Source: Marsupella aquatica | Lineage: Eukaryota; Plantae; Marchantiophyta | Direction of reading: 5' to 3' | Length of the DNA: 64,000 bases | NCBI GenBank assembly: GCA_973895155.1 | Contig: OZ316891.1 | Span: 3,051,801-3,115,800 of the forward strand | Shown: in pieces, positions 1 to 12,654 of the stretch | Layout of the letters: each line of letters begins with the position of its first letter | Position numbering within the stretch: the stretch's first letter is position 1 | Position numbers and translations under genes: made by a program | The notes under the pieces: model-generated | Seen by the model: the letters and a program-made list of their open reading frames with translations, nothing else | What the model was told of the DNA's origin: nothing | The model's database searches: none

Positions 1-1506
1 CGGGAGGGAGAACCAGAGGAGGAGAGGGGTAAGGACCGCTCGCGAGGAATAGTGGCTCATTTGCAAGCACGAACTGGGCAGGCGACTACGGGCGGCCAAC
101 TACTGTCAACTTCTTAGGCAAGCGCTCAGGGTGGGAACAGATACCGACTATCAACTCAAGAAGGGTATGAGCAACGTCAATCAAGCGGCACATTTTTGGG
201 GATGCCTGTTCGAACGGGCAACTGAGTACATTGGGACTTACGAGGACGAAGAATCAGAGAGAGCAGCTCGAGAACGGCAGGAGCTCGCCCGATTGTGGGA
301 GCTGCAAAAAGCTGCCTTCTTAGGAGGAGAACTCATCAAGGCTTAATTCCTGTGGACACCTACTGGCAACGAGCTAGACGACCTGCTGTTTTGCAAAGAC
401 AGAGTCGTCGGCATCCGCGAAGCCATCAAACGCTGCAACAACATACACTGGGAGTTGAAGGGTAGCACGGAGGGGTGGACAAAGGCAACCGTGCTAGGAG
501 AGACATCCACGGCAGCCGAGATGAAGAGGAAGGGAAACAACAACGAAGAGGCCACCCCGGCAAAAAGAACGAGGTTGGCGACACCAAAGAAGCTAGCAGA
601 ACAGCAGAGCAGGAGGCAGAGAGAAGCCGAGGAGGAGGAGGTCAATCCCATCAACGCCATTCCAACAAGAGATGATACCTGGAAAGGCTGGGCGGTGATT
701 CTCCCTGAGAAAGTGCAATTATGCTTTGCACAGGAGGAGGATGCATGCTTTACGGCTATGCAGACTCGGAAATACCAAGGCTTCATGGCCGGATCCGGCT
801 TGGAAGCCTTCGTAAAGTTACCGTGGCTGAAGCTGGAGGTGCCGGATTCAGACTTACTAGAATTCGTGGGATCATGGGAGTCCGAGACCAATTCCACAAG
901 GGTGTATGGGAAGGATTTATATCTCACTCCCCAGGTGATTGCCGAAGTGTTTGGCTTGCCGATGGGCAATAAGACCAAGGTAGATACCAGGAAGACTTTG
1001 CCAGACAAGGAGTTCCGGTCGTTTCCAGGGCCTTCAACAAAGAATGGCTTCTTCCGAAACACCTGCACCAACCCGCATATAGGAGAGATGATCGATTTCT
1101 TGCGGGTGACCATGCATTGCAACTGGCCGAGACCAGAGATCGGCAAGGCACAGGTCTATCTGGAAAAGAGGCCAGACCCAAGCCGGGACTACAATGGTTA
1201 CCTCCTCACTCAACTAAAGAAGATCTTGAAGGAGGAACAACTGGTGATCGGCAAGGGAAGCGTGTCCCTGCTTGGCTATCACGTACCGCTATTATGCCGG
1301 TATGCCCGAAGTAAGACCTTTTCCCCGGTACTTCCCCTACAAGCAAGGGCACCAGAGGAGGTTCCAAAACAGAGGCCGGCAACGGAGAAACCCAACCCGC
1401 CCGATAGTCCTACAATCGAGCAGGTGTTTAGGCCAAGGACGAAGGACTTGCCAATGCAGCAACTAGGCATGCAGAATCTGCTGAAATTGCTGGAGAAGGA
1501 AAAGAG

Positions 1507-1537
<31 letters not shown>

Positions 1538-3617
1538 CCAATACAGGACACTGCTCTAGAGGTAGGCCTAAGCCTGCTTACAAGGGAAAACCCCTTTACT
1601 GGAGTCAAGGAGAGAAGGAGGCCGGAACACGAGCCGGGAGTCCGGATGTATGTAGGAGCCTCTAGTCCCGAAGCCGAGGAGAAGCAGGCCGTAGCTCTCG
1701 GCCACGACAAGGAGAAGAAGAGATCAACATGGAAGCCGGAGGAGGAACCAAGACCGATGAGAGGTGAAGCCGTGTTCACGACAAAACCAGGAGAACAGCG
1801 GGAGAAGCCGGTAGTCCAAGCCGAGGAGGAGGCGGTGGAGGACTACAACAATGATAACTCCAGCTACAGGTCGGATCATCATGTTCCAGGAGTAAGGACC
1901 TGTGGCCGGTTCATCCCCACGCTCCCAAGAGTAGTTCGAGGAGACCCGACCCAGTAGAGCAGCACCGAGTCTCCCCCACCAGATGTCACTCCCCCGAGCT
2001 TTGACGGCATAAAACAGACGGCGCAGGAATTTCAGGAGCGAATCAGGGAGGAAGAGGAGGCAGCCCTGGCTAGAGAGAAGGATTTACCAGGAGGAGAATG
2101 GCCAGAGGACATCAGGCGGCTTGCAGAAAAATGAAGCAGCCCTCCAGCCACAATAGAAGAGATCCGCAAGGCGGCTTGGGAACAAAGGCCGCGGTGGATG
2201 ATGCCGATGACTTCTACTTCCTCCACCTATGCTAAAAATAGAGCCATGGAGTACGGGGAGATGTGTGGAGAGCTAGCGCTCTGCATCTTTGGGGAGGAGT
2301 TGGAGCAAGGACCATTTTTTCAGAGGGAGATGTTGGAGAAGCGCCAATTAGAAGAAGCGGTTGCTTTGGAAAGAAGCAAGAAGGACAAGGTCATCCGTCG
2401 GCTTAGGGCAAGGGAAGCCAAAATCAAAGACCTGAGGGCGGCCAAGAAAGCCCAAGATGAGCTGCGGATTAAGCGGCATGAGCTAAATATCATGCAGGGC
2501 CAATTGGATACCGCACAATCTGATAATCGAATTATCGAGAATAAACTGACTCGAACCCAAGGAGAGTTGGCCGATGCGATCAAGGAGCGGGAGATTGTGG
2601 AAGCGAGAGCTGAGGGATGCAGAGGAGGCCCACATAACAGCCAACAACCGGGCCATGGCGGAGACCCAGAGAAGGGAAAGGGCGTTGAAGGGGGAGCTCG
2701 AGGATATCCGTGGAGCCCTTGAGCAGAAGGAGGCTGAGTTAGGGAAATCCTATCAAGGGATTATTGTGCTGCAGTAGGAGCTTGCATCCCTGACTACTAG
2801 TTTCAAGGCCGACCTACGAGAGAAGGACGACCAGCTCGACCAGACTTATGCCAAGATGAATAAAATGGAGTCTGAGGTCGTAACGGAGCTCGACAAAGAG
2901 CTAAGAGCAACCCAGGAGGAGAGGGCTACCTTCAAGAAGGAATTGGAGGAAGCCCACAGGGAGCTGGAGGAAGCCCAGAAGGAGCTGGAGGAGGCGTGCA
3001 AGGACCTGGACGAAGTGCAGGAAGAGTTGGAGGAAAGCACGCGGAAGCTGGAAAACTTACAACGGCGAGCCGACAACCAAATGGAGCGGCTGAAGAAACA
3101 AGCCGCAGTATTTAAGTGCTTGGCTTCTTCCAGCCCAACTCCAATTGGGGCAACCAAGTTACCAGGAGTGGTACTGGCCGAAGGACAAGCCGCGCCACTT
3201 GCACCAGTGCCGGAGGTAAGTGGGAAGGGGAAGGGGCCAGCTGCCGAACCAGAAAAGAAGAAGAAGCGAAAACCTTCTGGGTCAAGGAGCAATACGGCTC
3301 CACAGGCCGTGGTGACCAAGGAGGTAAACCCAGCACCGACCTCAAGTAGGGTCACGGCAGAGGATCCAACTACCCTAGAAGGAGGGGAGGGCAAACCCGA
3401 GGCCGGGATACTCGGTAATGAAGCCGAGGTACCGAAAGCGCCACTTGAGTGTGTAGGGAAGGCCGTAGCCGATGCCGAAGCCGAGGGTGGACCCAGTCAA
3501 GCCGATGGAGAGTTGATTCAGTCCAGGGCAGGTAATCTGTCAGAGAACGAACCTACGGCAGTGGCTGAGGAGGAAGCGTTGGGGGCGTCCACTGAGGAAC
3601 AAACACCGCTGCCATGA
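1..3617 (+). pseudogene. Long extra ORF of a Gypsy (Athila/Tat-like) retroelement, copy 1; N-terminal plant-transposon/PMD-like domain and C-terminal coiled coil; disrupted
   Basis: ORFs 131..346, 455..1957 and 2198..2722 share one frame, separated by single stops. A frameshift near 2600 leads into 2574..2777 and 2856..3617. The region ~2330-3100 is heptad-like and E/K/L/Q-rich. Copy 2 of this ORF lies directly downstream of an integrase. Confidence 0.7.
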
Positions 3618-4065
3618 CGGTGGTGGAGGGCCGCTCCTTTCAAGGAGGGCGAACATGGAGGGAGGAGGCGTGAGTGGGCAGGGCGGGCTCAGATCTCTAA
3701 GTTTAGGATTAGGATCAGGATCAGGACCAGGAGGCGGCCCTAACACTTAGCTTAGTGGGATTGCGGTTCCACTGGTAAGAGCAACACTTGTACTTCTGCC
3801 TCGCTGTACATAGGTAGATTCAGTTAGGTAGATTAGGCTTACGTTGCAAGGAATTAGGCGGATCCACTACCAGGATAAGTACCTGGGCAGCGGAGAGCTC
3901 AGGGCCTTTTCTTTAGCAAGTTTTTAGTTGCACCAGCCGGGCTGGGATCAAGTAGTAAGAAAAGCTCTCGGTTAGTCATACAATGACCCTTGTGTATATT
4001 CATGTTTCCTCATGCCTAAGAGCTGAATAGAGTTGGCCTCACGGCTTAGTTTGCAGAGCTTGTGT

Positions 4066-4760
4066 ATAGAGGAACCCATTTTCTGAATGATATAATTAGT
4101 CGTTTAAATGAGCAGTATTTAGTTAGACATAGGCCTACTACTCCCTACCACCCAAAGGCAAATGGATTGACAGAACGAGCCAATGGAATTATAGGAAAGA
4201 TATTGAACAAAACCGTAGCTCAGAACAAACTCGATTGGGATGATAAATTGTTTGCTGCTATTTTTGCTTACAATTTAGCCTATAAATCCACTACCAGTCA
4301 TACACCTTTTTTCTTAACCTTTGGACAAGAAGCCCTGGTACCAATGCAACTTGAGATTCCTACATTTCAAGTTACAATTGAGGAGAGATCTTCAGAGGAG
4401 GAAAGCCTAAAGGAGCGAGAGTATAGGTTAGAAGCTTTAGAAGAGGCAAGAATGATTTCAGTTGAGAGAGTAGAATATAGACAGAATACCATGAAGCAAC
4501 ATTATGATAAGAAGTTGAAACCAGTTAGTATTCACACAGGAGATCTTGTATTACTTTATGACAGTAGGTATAGTAGGTTTCCGGGGAAACTATACACTTG
4601 CTAGTTAGGACCTTTCAGGGTATCAATGAAGTTCTCTAATGGCTCTGTGCAATTGGCCAACATAACTGGAGAGGTGTACCCAGTTTGCATCCATTACGAC
4701 CGCCTCAAGAAATACTATATGGACGAAGATGAAGTTGTTTGCGAGGACGCTTCACAATTA
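4066..4760 (+). pseudogene. Retrotransposon integrase C-terminal half (rve core and GPF region), Athila/Tat-type, 5'-truncated
   Basis: RGTHF..., TPYHPKANGLTERAN, WDDKL..AIFAYN, TPFFLTFG, GDLVLLYDSR..PGKL; after a TAG the frame continues LGPFRV..NGSVQL. Confidence 0.9.
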
Positions 4761-4888
4761 AGTGGGGAGCTATGTGATGCCTAGCCAAGAATCACTAGGC
4801 CGGTTTACATGGTAAAAGCAGGAGTGTACCCTGGAAACACCTTAGTATAGTAACAAGACAAGGAAAATATAAACAATTAAGGGTGACT

Positions 4889-5920
4889 ATGGAACTCGGG
4901 CCGAGGCCGGAAGTAAGGACGTCGGGGGAGAGAATACGATTAGGGTTAGGGCACGCTAAGCGTCGGCGGCTAGGGGTGACCAACGGGTGGGAAGACCAGA
5001 GGAGGAGAGGGGTAAGGACCACTCGCGAGGAATAGTGGCTCATTTGCAAGAACGAACTGGGCAGACGACTACGGGAGGCCAAATGCTGTCAGCTGCTTAG
5101 GCAAGCGCTCGGGGTGGGAACAAATACCAACGATCGACTCAAGGAGGGTATGAGCAACGTCAATCAAGCGGCACATTTTTGGGGATGCCTGTTCGAACGG
5201 GCAGGTGAGTACGTCAGGACTTACGAAGACGAAGAATCAGAGAGAGCAGCTCAAGAACGGCAGGAGCTCGCTCGGCTCTGGGAACTGCAGAAGACGGCTT
5301 TCTTAGGAGGAGAACTTATCAAGGCCGAGTTCTTGTGGACTCCTACTGTCAATCAGCTCGACGACCTTCTATTTTGCAAAAACAGAATCGTCGGCATTCG
5401 GGAAGCCATCAATCGCTGCAACGACCTACACTGGGGGTTGAAGGGTAACACGGAGGGGTGGACGAAGGCAACCTTGCTAGGAGAAACATTCACGACAGCC
5501 GAGATGAAGAGGAAAGGAAACAACAACAAAGAGGCCACCCCGGCAAAAAGAACGAGGTCGGCGGCACCAAGGAAGCCAGCAGAGCAGCAGGGCAGGAGGC
5601 AGGGAGAAGCCGAAGAGGAAGAGGTCGATCCCATCAATGCCATTCCAACAAATGATGACACCTGGAAAGGCTGGGCGGTGACCCTTCCGGAGGAAGTGCA
5701 ATTACACTTTGCACGGGAGGAGGATGCATGCTTTACGGCCATGCAGACCAAGAAGTACCAGGGCTTCATGGTCGGATCCGGCTTGGAAGCCTTCGTAAGA
5801 TTACCATGGCTGAAGCCGGAGGTGCCGGACTCAGACTTATTAGAATTCATGGGATCATGGGAACCCGAGACCAATTCCACGAGGGTGTATGGGAAGGATT
5901 TCTATCTCACTCCCCGGGTG
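4889..5920 (+). pseudogene. Extra ORF copy 2 (direct repeat of 1..937 at offset 4983), truncated at ~5920
   Basis: 4984..5920 aligns co-linearly to 1..937 (roughly 90% identical by eye). The ATG at 4889 is in frame with ORF 5114..6025. Confidence 0.85.
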
Positions 5921-7996
5921 TGTGGTACGTCCCATGGCTCCCTAAACCCAAGAAACCCCCTTGCACAAGCCGATTCCCGCAGGTTTCGCGCTTGGCGAGG
6001 CCGTTTTCGTGGCTTAGCGGCATGAGACGCTGTTAACTTCTTTCTACTACTACTATTAACATTTTACACACATATACTGGACAGATCCTTCATCGGGTCA
6101 TGAGATACGTAGTTGGCCTAATCTAGGCCTTCCCTTGTCTTCCCCTCCTTCTGGTTAGGTATGTTTGGATTCTGCCGCCGGAATGATCCCCAATAGGCTT
6201 GGTTAAGCCGCTAAGACCTCTCTCAGCTCGACACATCCAACTCTCACTCCCTTGCTTACTTTCCTTCATCTATTAGTTGATGTGGGCACTCTTCACACAA
6301 GTTAATGCGACACACAAATAGCAAAATGACTCCTTTTGACTGAGTCATACCATGCACTTGCCATACAAACAGTACATCTCCCCCGGGAGCCCGCGACTCT
6401 ACCCGGTTTATCCCCTCGGGTAAGCCAAAAATCATCTTCAGACGTGCCTCATCGAGACATATCACTCTCCCATGCGCTCAGGTTTGTTGACGGGCCTCGT
6501 CAAAGTTCTGAATGAACTCCGTCATATCCTGCCCGTAATACCTGCTCCCGTTCCAAGGGAGGGAGGCGAGGTGCTCAAACCCCTGGGTCTTCAGATAGCA
6601 TGCATGCTTGGGGTGGAGGATGTTCTTGTGAACGTTGTCCCCCATGCGATGCATGGTCAGCTTGGCTACCGCAACCGTGGCCAAAGGCAACCCGGATACG
6701 GCTGCGGGCTCCTTCCTCTTCCTACCCCGAGACTGATTCCCGGGGTGACTAGAAGAAGGGGACATCTCTCCATCCTCTCGGTCAGGTGGTGGTAGCGCGA
6801 CTGCCGTGAGTATTGGTGTCGGGGCCGCTAGCGTTACCGTGTTGTCTCCTCGGGCTTGTTGGGGTGGTGTGGGGTTGTTCGTACCCCGCGGTCGTCGATT
6901 TAGAGGAGGGTGAGCCTCCTCGTCTTTGGAGCTGATATGTACCGCATTCCCACGGGTCGTACTCGGAGAGGTGGTGGAACCGGTGGCGGGGACTGGTTTG
7001 GCTGAGGCCGAGGAGGTGTAGGTGCAGGTACGGGCACGGATTGGTCGGCACTGATCGTTGATGGTAGAGTTGCCATGAAGTTTTGCAAGTGCCGGTGGAG
7101 GTTTTCCGACGCAAGTGGAGATGGTCTTGTCGACCGGGTAGTGTTGAACTCACCATTGATGATAGCCCGGACCCGAGCGGGGATGTGGTCAAAGTGGTGC
7201 CTCTGTAAGTTGATCATGCCCGGAATATTGAAGACCTCGTCCGGAAGGCGAAGCAGTGCCTCCCAGAAGCTCATGTATTTGCCTCCATCGAAAAAGTACC
7301 CTAATACCTCCCCGGGTCGATAAAGCTTGCTCTGGGACGGGTACTCAAAGTTAAAGAGATAGTGGTGGTGGCCTTCTAGGCGGATGGCTCTCTTGTATTC
7401 GCGTTCGATCTCGTAACAGCGTGGGTTGGCATGTTTCAATGAGTCGGCCAAGTGTCATCCGATAGACAGGAACTGAGTCCAGAATTGTATGGCCGAACTG
7501 GAAAGGATTGTGTGCGATATTCAGAGGAGATAGCAAGTGACTAAGGAAAAGCGAGAGAGCTAGGATCGAAGCTGGTGCGTGGACTGGAGAGCTTGGTGCA
7601 CTGCAAAGGATCAGCCCCCTTTTATACCCTGAGAGCTCGTTGATCGCCCGACGCCTCCTCGTCGCTTATAGGTCGAGCCTTTCACGCTCGCAGTGTACCG
7701 GCCCCTTCTCCAGTTCGGGTCAGCTCATGTTAGTGGCCGCCTCCCGGAGTTTGTTATACGGACCCGAGGGAGGGGGAAAAAGGGCCCATGACACGCTCGC
7801 AACCCGGGCGTGCAAATGGCGACCCGCCGCCAGCCCAAACATGGATTCCCCTTATTGACTAATGATTTCCTACTCATAATGGCTACCTAAGTACTATCAT
7901 TATGCTAATAATAATGGCCTAAGATACCCCTAATGCGTGTGCTAAGCGCGGTTAGACCGAATTACTCAGTACCCGCTGTACCGGCAGCGTCACACA
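5921..7996 (-). mobile_element. ~2.07 kb LTR-like segment (TG...CA ends) with a minus-strand TATA box and an internal degenerate ORF
   Basis: Ends TGTGGTACG (5921) and CGTCACACA (7996) form an imperfect inverted repeat. TATAAAA on the minus strand at 7626-7620 precedes ORFs 6900..7451, 6478..6765 and 6256..6465. No TSD found. Confidence 0.5.
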
Positions 7997-8388
7997 ATGT
8001 CCTTTGGCAAAGTAAGGATCTCCATTACGGCTTGCATGAACCCAACTGACAATCTATTGGAACCTGCAAAAGCCGCCTTGGGACTGGGATCAGTTTTTGG
8101 GTAGCAAACACTCAACATCGATTTATGGCGGGCATCCTCAAAGGAAGTCATTGGAACATATCCTGTATGTTTCGGGACTTTTGCCGAGAATTCCACCTTG
8201 CAGAAGACATCCATAATGAGAGTAACTACCTGAATTGAAAACAAGAATATGTCAAAAATGGGTACTTTTGGTTAGCGAGCTCGCTAGCAAAAAGTGCACG
8301 CAAAATATTGTGGATATCTTACCTCAATGTCCATATCTGCCTGATACAAAGGAGATGGAAGATTCTAGACCTTTTTTGGGGCCCCAAT

Positions 8389-8676
8389 CTTGGGGGGTTA
8401 ACTAAGTGTATATTTTGGGGTACCACGTGCAATCCTAGCCTAATATAAATAGACCTATTTTATAAAGAAAATATTCCAAGAATATTATCTATTTTCAATA
8501 TTAATGACCTATTTTACTTTATAAAGGGTATATATTAAACAATATTCTATAAACATGAGTTTATAATACCTTCTTTTGCCTCCTACGCTTTTTAAAAATT
8601 TAGTTAAAATTTGTCAAAACTACCTATTTTGGATCGCACATGGTTTCTAAAATTTTTGATAGTCAACCCCCCCGAG
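8389..8676. mobile_element. 288-bp MITE, copy A (8-bp TSD, hAT-like)
   Basis: TIRs CTTGGGGGGTTAACTA / TAGTCAACCCCCCCGAG; flanks GCCCCAAT (8381-8388) and GCTCCAAT (8677-8684); AT-rich core; reverse-complement homolog at 30726..31013. Confidence 0.85.
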
Positions 8677-8924
8677 GCTCCAATACAAGGGGAAAACTTG
8701 CCTGTGCAAGCAAAAATTCTACTGTTTGCTCGCACGTTACAATTACCCTCCCTTGGTGAGCTTGCGGTCCACTGAGACAGTACTGGCCACAACTGGGGGC
8801 GAGCAGACAGTCCATGGACCTATGGCAGGATTGGCCAAGGCTGGACAGATTGTTGAGCAGGAAGGGACTGCTCAATCTACTGCTAAATAGCAATCATCGA
8901 CTATCTCTTCTACCCTACAAAAAG

Positions 8925-11900
8925 ATATTAGGGATTTGGTGGAGAGTTGGGAGCCACAAACTGGTCCTAAGCTGACAGGGGAGGAGAGACGTTGCATGCA
9001 TCGATTCCTGAAGAGTTACTAGAATTGTTTTGCATTTAGCATGAAGGATTTGGGGACATTAAAGGGCCCTGGTATTCAGATTGAATTGGCTAGTGATGCA
9101 CCAATCTTTCGTAGACCATACCGTTACAGTGACACGGAGAGAACTCTGATTCAAAGCAAAACTCAAGATTTGTTGGAGGCTGGATTGGTAGAGATTTCAT
9201 ATGGGGAGTATGCATCTGCCACAGTGATGCCAGCCAAGAAGGATGTGCATAGCAATTACACAGATAGGCGCATGTGTGGTGATTACAGACCTATTAATCG
9301 CCACACAAAATCTGATCGATATGCCATGCCTACACCTGAGGAGATCTTTGATGCTGTTGAGCATGCAAAGGTTTTCAGTTCATTGGATCTGAGGGCAGGG
9401 TACCATCAACTTCCAATTAGGCATGCTGACAGGTCCAAGAGAGCATTCTGGGGGATTGATTTTATGGCAAAGATCGTTTGTATCAGTGGTTGTTCTTACC
9501 ATTTGGGTTGAAGAATGCACCAGTTGAGTTCTAGAGATCATGGATCGAATCCTTGCAGGTTTGGATTTTGTCAGATGTTATATTGATGATATTTTGGTCT
9601 ATTCTTCTACTATGGAAGAACAGCAGCAGCACTTGCAGATTGTGTTGGAGAGATTGAGAGCACATGGGTTGAAGCTCCATCCTGGCAAGTGTAAGTTCTT
9701 CCAAGACAAGATTGAGTATTTGGGCCACACTATATACCCAGGGGGATTGGGTGTACAACAGACCAAAGTGAAGGCCATTACATAGATTCCTCGTCCTATT
9801 GATGTGAGCAGAGTTCGTGCATTCTTGGGATTGGCGAGCTACTACAGGAGGTATGTTAAAGGATTTAGCCTGCTTGCTAAACCTTTAACCATACTCACTA
9901 AGTTGGATCAGGAATGGACTTGGGGTGATGACCAAGAGCATGTCCTTCAGGAGTTGAAGCAAAGGTTGGCATCATCCCCTATTTTGAGAAGACCCATTTC
10001 AGGCAAACCATTTCAACTACACACTGATTGGAGTGGAGTAGGACTTGGAGCAGTGTTGACTCAGAAAGATGATGAAGGGCATGAGTTTGTTGTGGCATAT
10101 ACCAATAGATCAAACAATTCAACAGAAGCTAAGTATAGCTCTTATGAGGGAGAGTGTTTGGCAGCAGTGTGGGCTGTGGCACACTTCCGTTGTTACTTGT
10201 TTGGTAATCCTTTCACTTTGATCACTGATCATCAGCCTCTCAAGTGGTTAATGGAGTCTGACAAGCTCACTGGGAAGCTTGCAAGATGGGCATTGTTGTT
10301 GCAGGAATATGATTTCCAGGTTGTACATAGACCTGGAAAGGTGAACTTGGATGCAAATGGGTTGCCGCAATCCATGTACCAGTCAACAGGATGAGATTGG
10401 AGCCAGATGACATGATGAGTCAGATAAGGAGATGGTGCCAGGATGGCATGCATTTGCCTTTCTTTTTTGGGTGCCAGCATACAGTGGATCTGTGGACTCT
10501 ACCTCATTGGATGGAGTGGATGATGAGTCTTCATATATGGATGCTGGTGAGGTAACTTCTGGACAACAAGATATTCACAATGATGTGAGAGTGTTGGAAT
10601 ATTTGCGTAGTGGTTCTATTGTTGGCAGTGTTGATGCCAAAGAACGTGATAGGGTTCTACAGATAGCCAAGAGGTTTCGATGGGAGGGAAACCATCTTCT
10701 GAGAGTACTGCATGATGGTAGGGTGTTGGTGGTACCAAAATCATCACAACAAGTACATTTGGTGCGACATGCACACGAGGAGTTGGGTCACTTTGGTGTG
10801 AAGCGCACTTACGGCTTGCTGCATACACATTATTGGTGGTGTGCTATATACACTCATGTCCAGCAATTGATAGCTAGGTGTGTGGTATGTGATAAAGTGA
10901 GAGCATCATTTAATGCTGTCACTCCCCAATTGCACCCGTTGCCGATCATGGGTCTGGGATATCGTTGGAGTTTGGATTTTGCTAGTCCATTACCTTTTAC
11001 CCAACGTCATAATCGGTATGTTTTGGTCATGGTGGAGCAGTTCTCCAAGTGGATTGAGCTAGTGGCGTTGCCAGATAAAGCCAGTGGAGGAGTTGCTGCT
11101 ACATTTTTGGACCGAGTACTCAGTCATTTTGGAGCACCAGCTGAGGTGTAATTGATTAGGGAACTGAGTTCAGTGGAGAGTTTGAGAGTTTGTGTGAACA
11201 AGCTCTGATTGATCATCGTACTACCTCTCGTGATCATCTTGAGGCAGATGGGTTAGCTGAGAGAGTTGTGCAAACTGTGAAGAAAGGATTACGTAAGTAT
11301 GGCTTGCAGGTTGGTCATCTGGGAGATTGGGATCTCCAGCTACCTTGGTTAGCTATGGGCAATTGTTTCAGTCAGCAAGCATCACTTGCATCCTTCTCAC
11401 CTTACTTTTTGCTCTATGGTAGAGAGCCAGATTTGCTAGCAGCTATTCGTCGTGATGCTGCACCAGTTGTGAACTTGGATGATCCTGATGTTTGGGTCAA
11501 GGTGTGTTCAGAGAGAGCACGAGTATTTCACAGAGTGATGCCCATGGCTTTTGAAAACCTTGCCATTGCCCAACATTGTGATACTTTGAGGTATACCACT
11601 ATTCGTGGAGGAGGTTACCGTGCAAGCATTCAACAATTTCATCCTAGTGATTATGTTAATTTGCAGCAGATATCACCCACAATACTTGATGTGATCGCAG
11701 GCCGAAGAATCTTACATGTGCGTGAAGTGTTGCCTTCTGGTGTCTTGATGTTAGAGGGACGCGATGGTATGGTTTGGAAGGATCATGTGCGCAACTGTGC
11801 ACCATGTCACCTTCCCAACATTGATGGTACAATATATCCAAGCTTGGCACATGTTCGTGCTGGCTTAAAATGTATGTTGTGTGGATCTGCTCAGGGAGCA

Positions 11901-12011
11901 ACTACTATGTTGATTTGTGATAAGTGTTCAAGAGGATGGCACATGTCATGTTTGACACCACCATTGCAGGTGATTCCTTGTGGATCATGGCTGTGTCCTC
12001 AATGTTGGTGA
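8925..12011 (+). pseudogene. Ty3/Gypsy pol (RT, RNase H, integrase) with C-terminal PHD finger; frameshifted, 5'-truncated (no gag/protease seen)
   Basis: RT: RMCGDYRPIN, LDLRAGYHQ, YIDDILVYS, IEYLGH. RNase H: LHTDWSGVGLGAVLTQ, YSSYEGECLA, TDHQPL. Integrase: HHCC finger (HEELGHFG...CVVC), WSLDF, ADGLAER. PHD: CMLC..CDKC..WHMSCL..WLCPQC. Confidence 0.95.
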
Positions 12012-12175
12012 AGCCGACTAGTTATCATTTGTGTTCTCTTGGCAGATATGGACTGCAAGTAGGTGATCGATGGGGCTCACTTGCACCCGGCCTCCTGATC
12101 TTCACACCTAAAAAGGTGTATATCAACCTTGTAGAACTCATGGCTGGCTAGAGTTAGAAGACCTTATTCCCAGCT

Positions 12176-12185
12176 AGGGGGGCAA
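12176..12185 (+). other. Polypurine tract of the Gypsy-PHD element
   Basis: AGGGGGGCAA immediately upstream of the LTR start, ~165 bp after the pol stop. Confidence 0.65.
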
Positions 12186-12324
12186 TTATGGGTTTTGGAC
12201 ATGTGTGGACATGAGTTCCACTTGTATTCCATTCTCTTATGTTTGTGATGTGGTAGTGTGACTATGTGTGGATGTATGTGACAAGCGATGTATGTTGTGT
12301 AGCGATGTGTATGCACACAACAGC
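12186..12324 (+). repeat. 3' LTR start (partial) of the Gypsy-PHD element
   Basis: Follows the PPT; ~140-bp direct repeat of 12655..12795 (T[T/G]ATGGGTTTTGGACATGTGTGGACATGAG...). Confidence 0.65.
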
Positions 12325-12654
12325 TGTCACACCATTCTAGATAGTGTTAGAGTGTATCATACTATCTAGATCCGTATATTTGGTATGTATGTTATATGAG
12401 CCGATAAGGTTCCGTCAGGTTTGTGTGAGAGGGTACTTCTCTCTTGTGAGGCATTGAAAGGTCATCTTTCAATGTTGAGCCTTGGAGATAGAGGAGCTTG
12501 AGTGTGGCTATGGTGGCTGTGAGCTCCGCTTGTGAAACGTGGATTCCTTGAGTAGTGCAAGGTGCATTGGCTTGACATACATGTGTGATCGGATCGGTGT
12601 GGGATCGATGGGGTATTGTGGACCAAGATTGTTGTGCCGATTGTATTGAGATTT

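Noticed and set aside
343-3394. Long minus-strand ORFs opposite the retroelement extra ORF
   Set aside because: Antisense shadows of purine-rich coding sequence with no motifs
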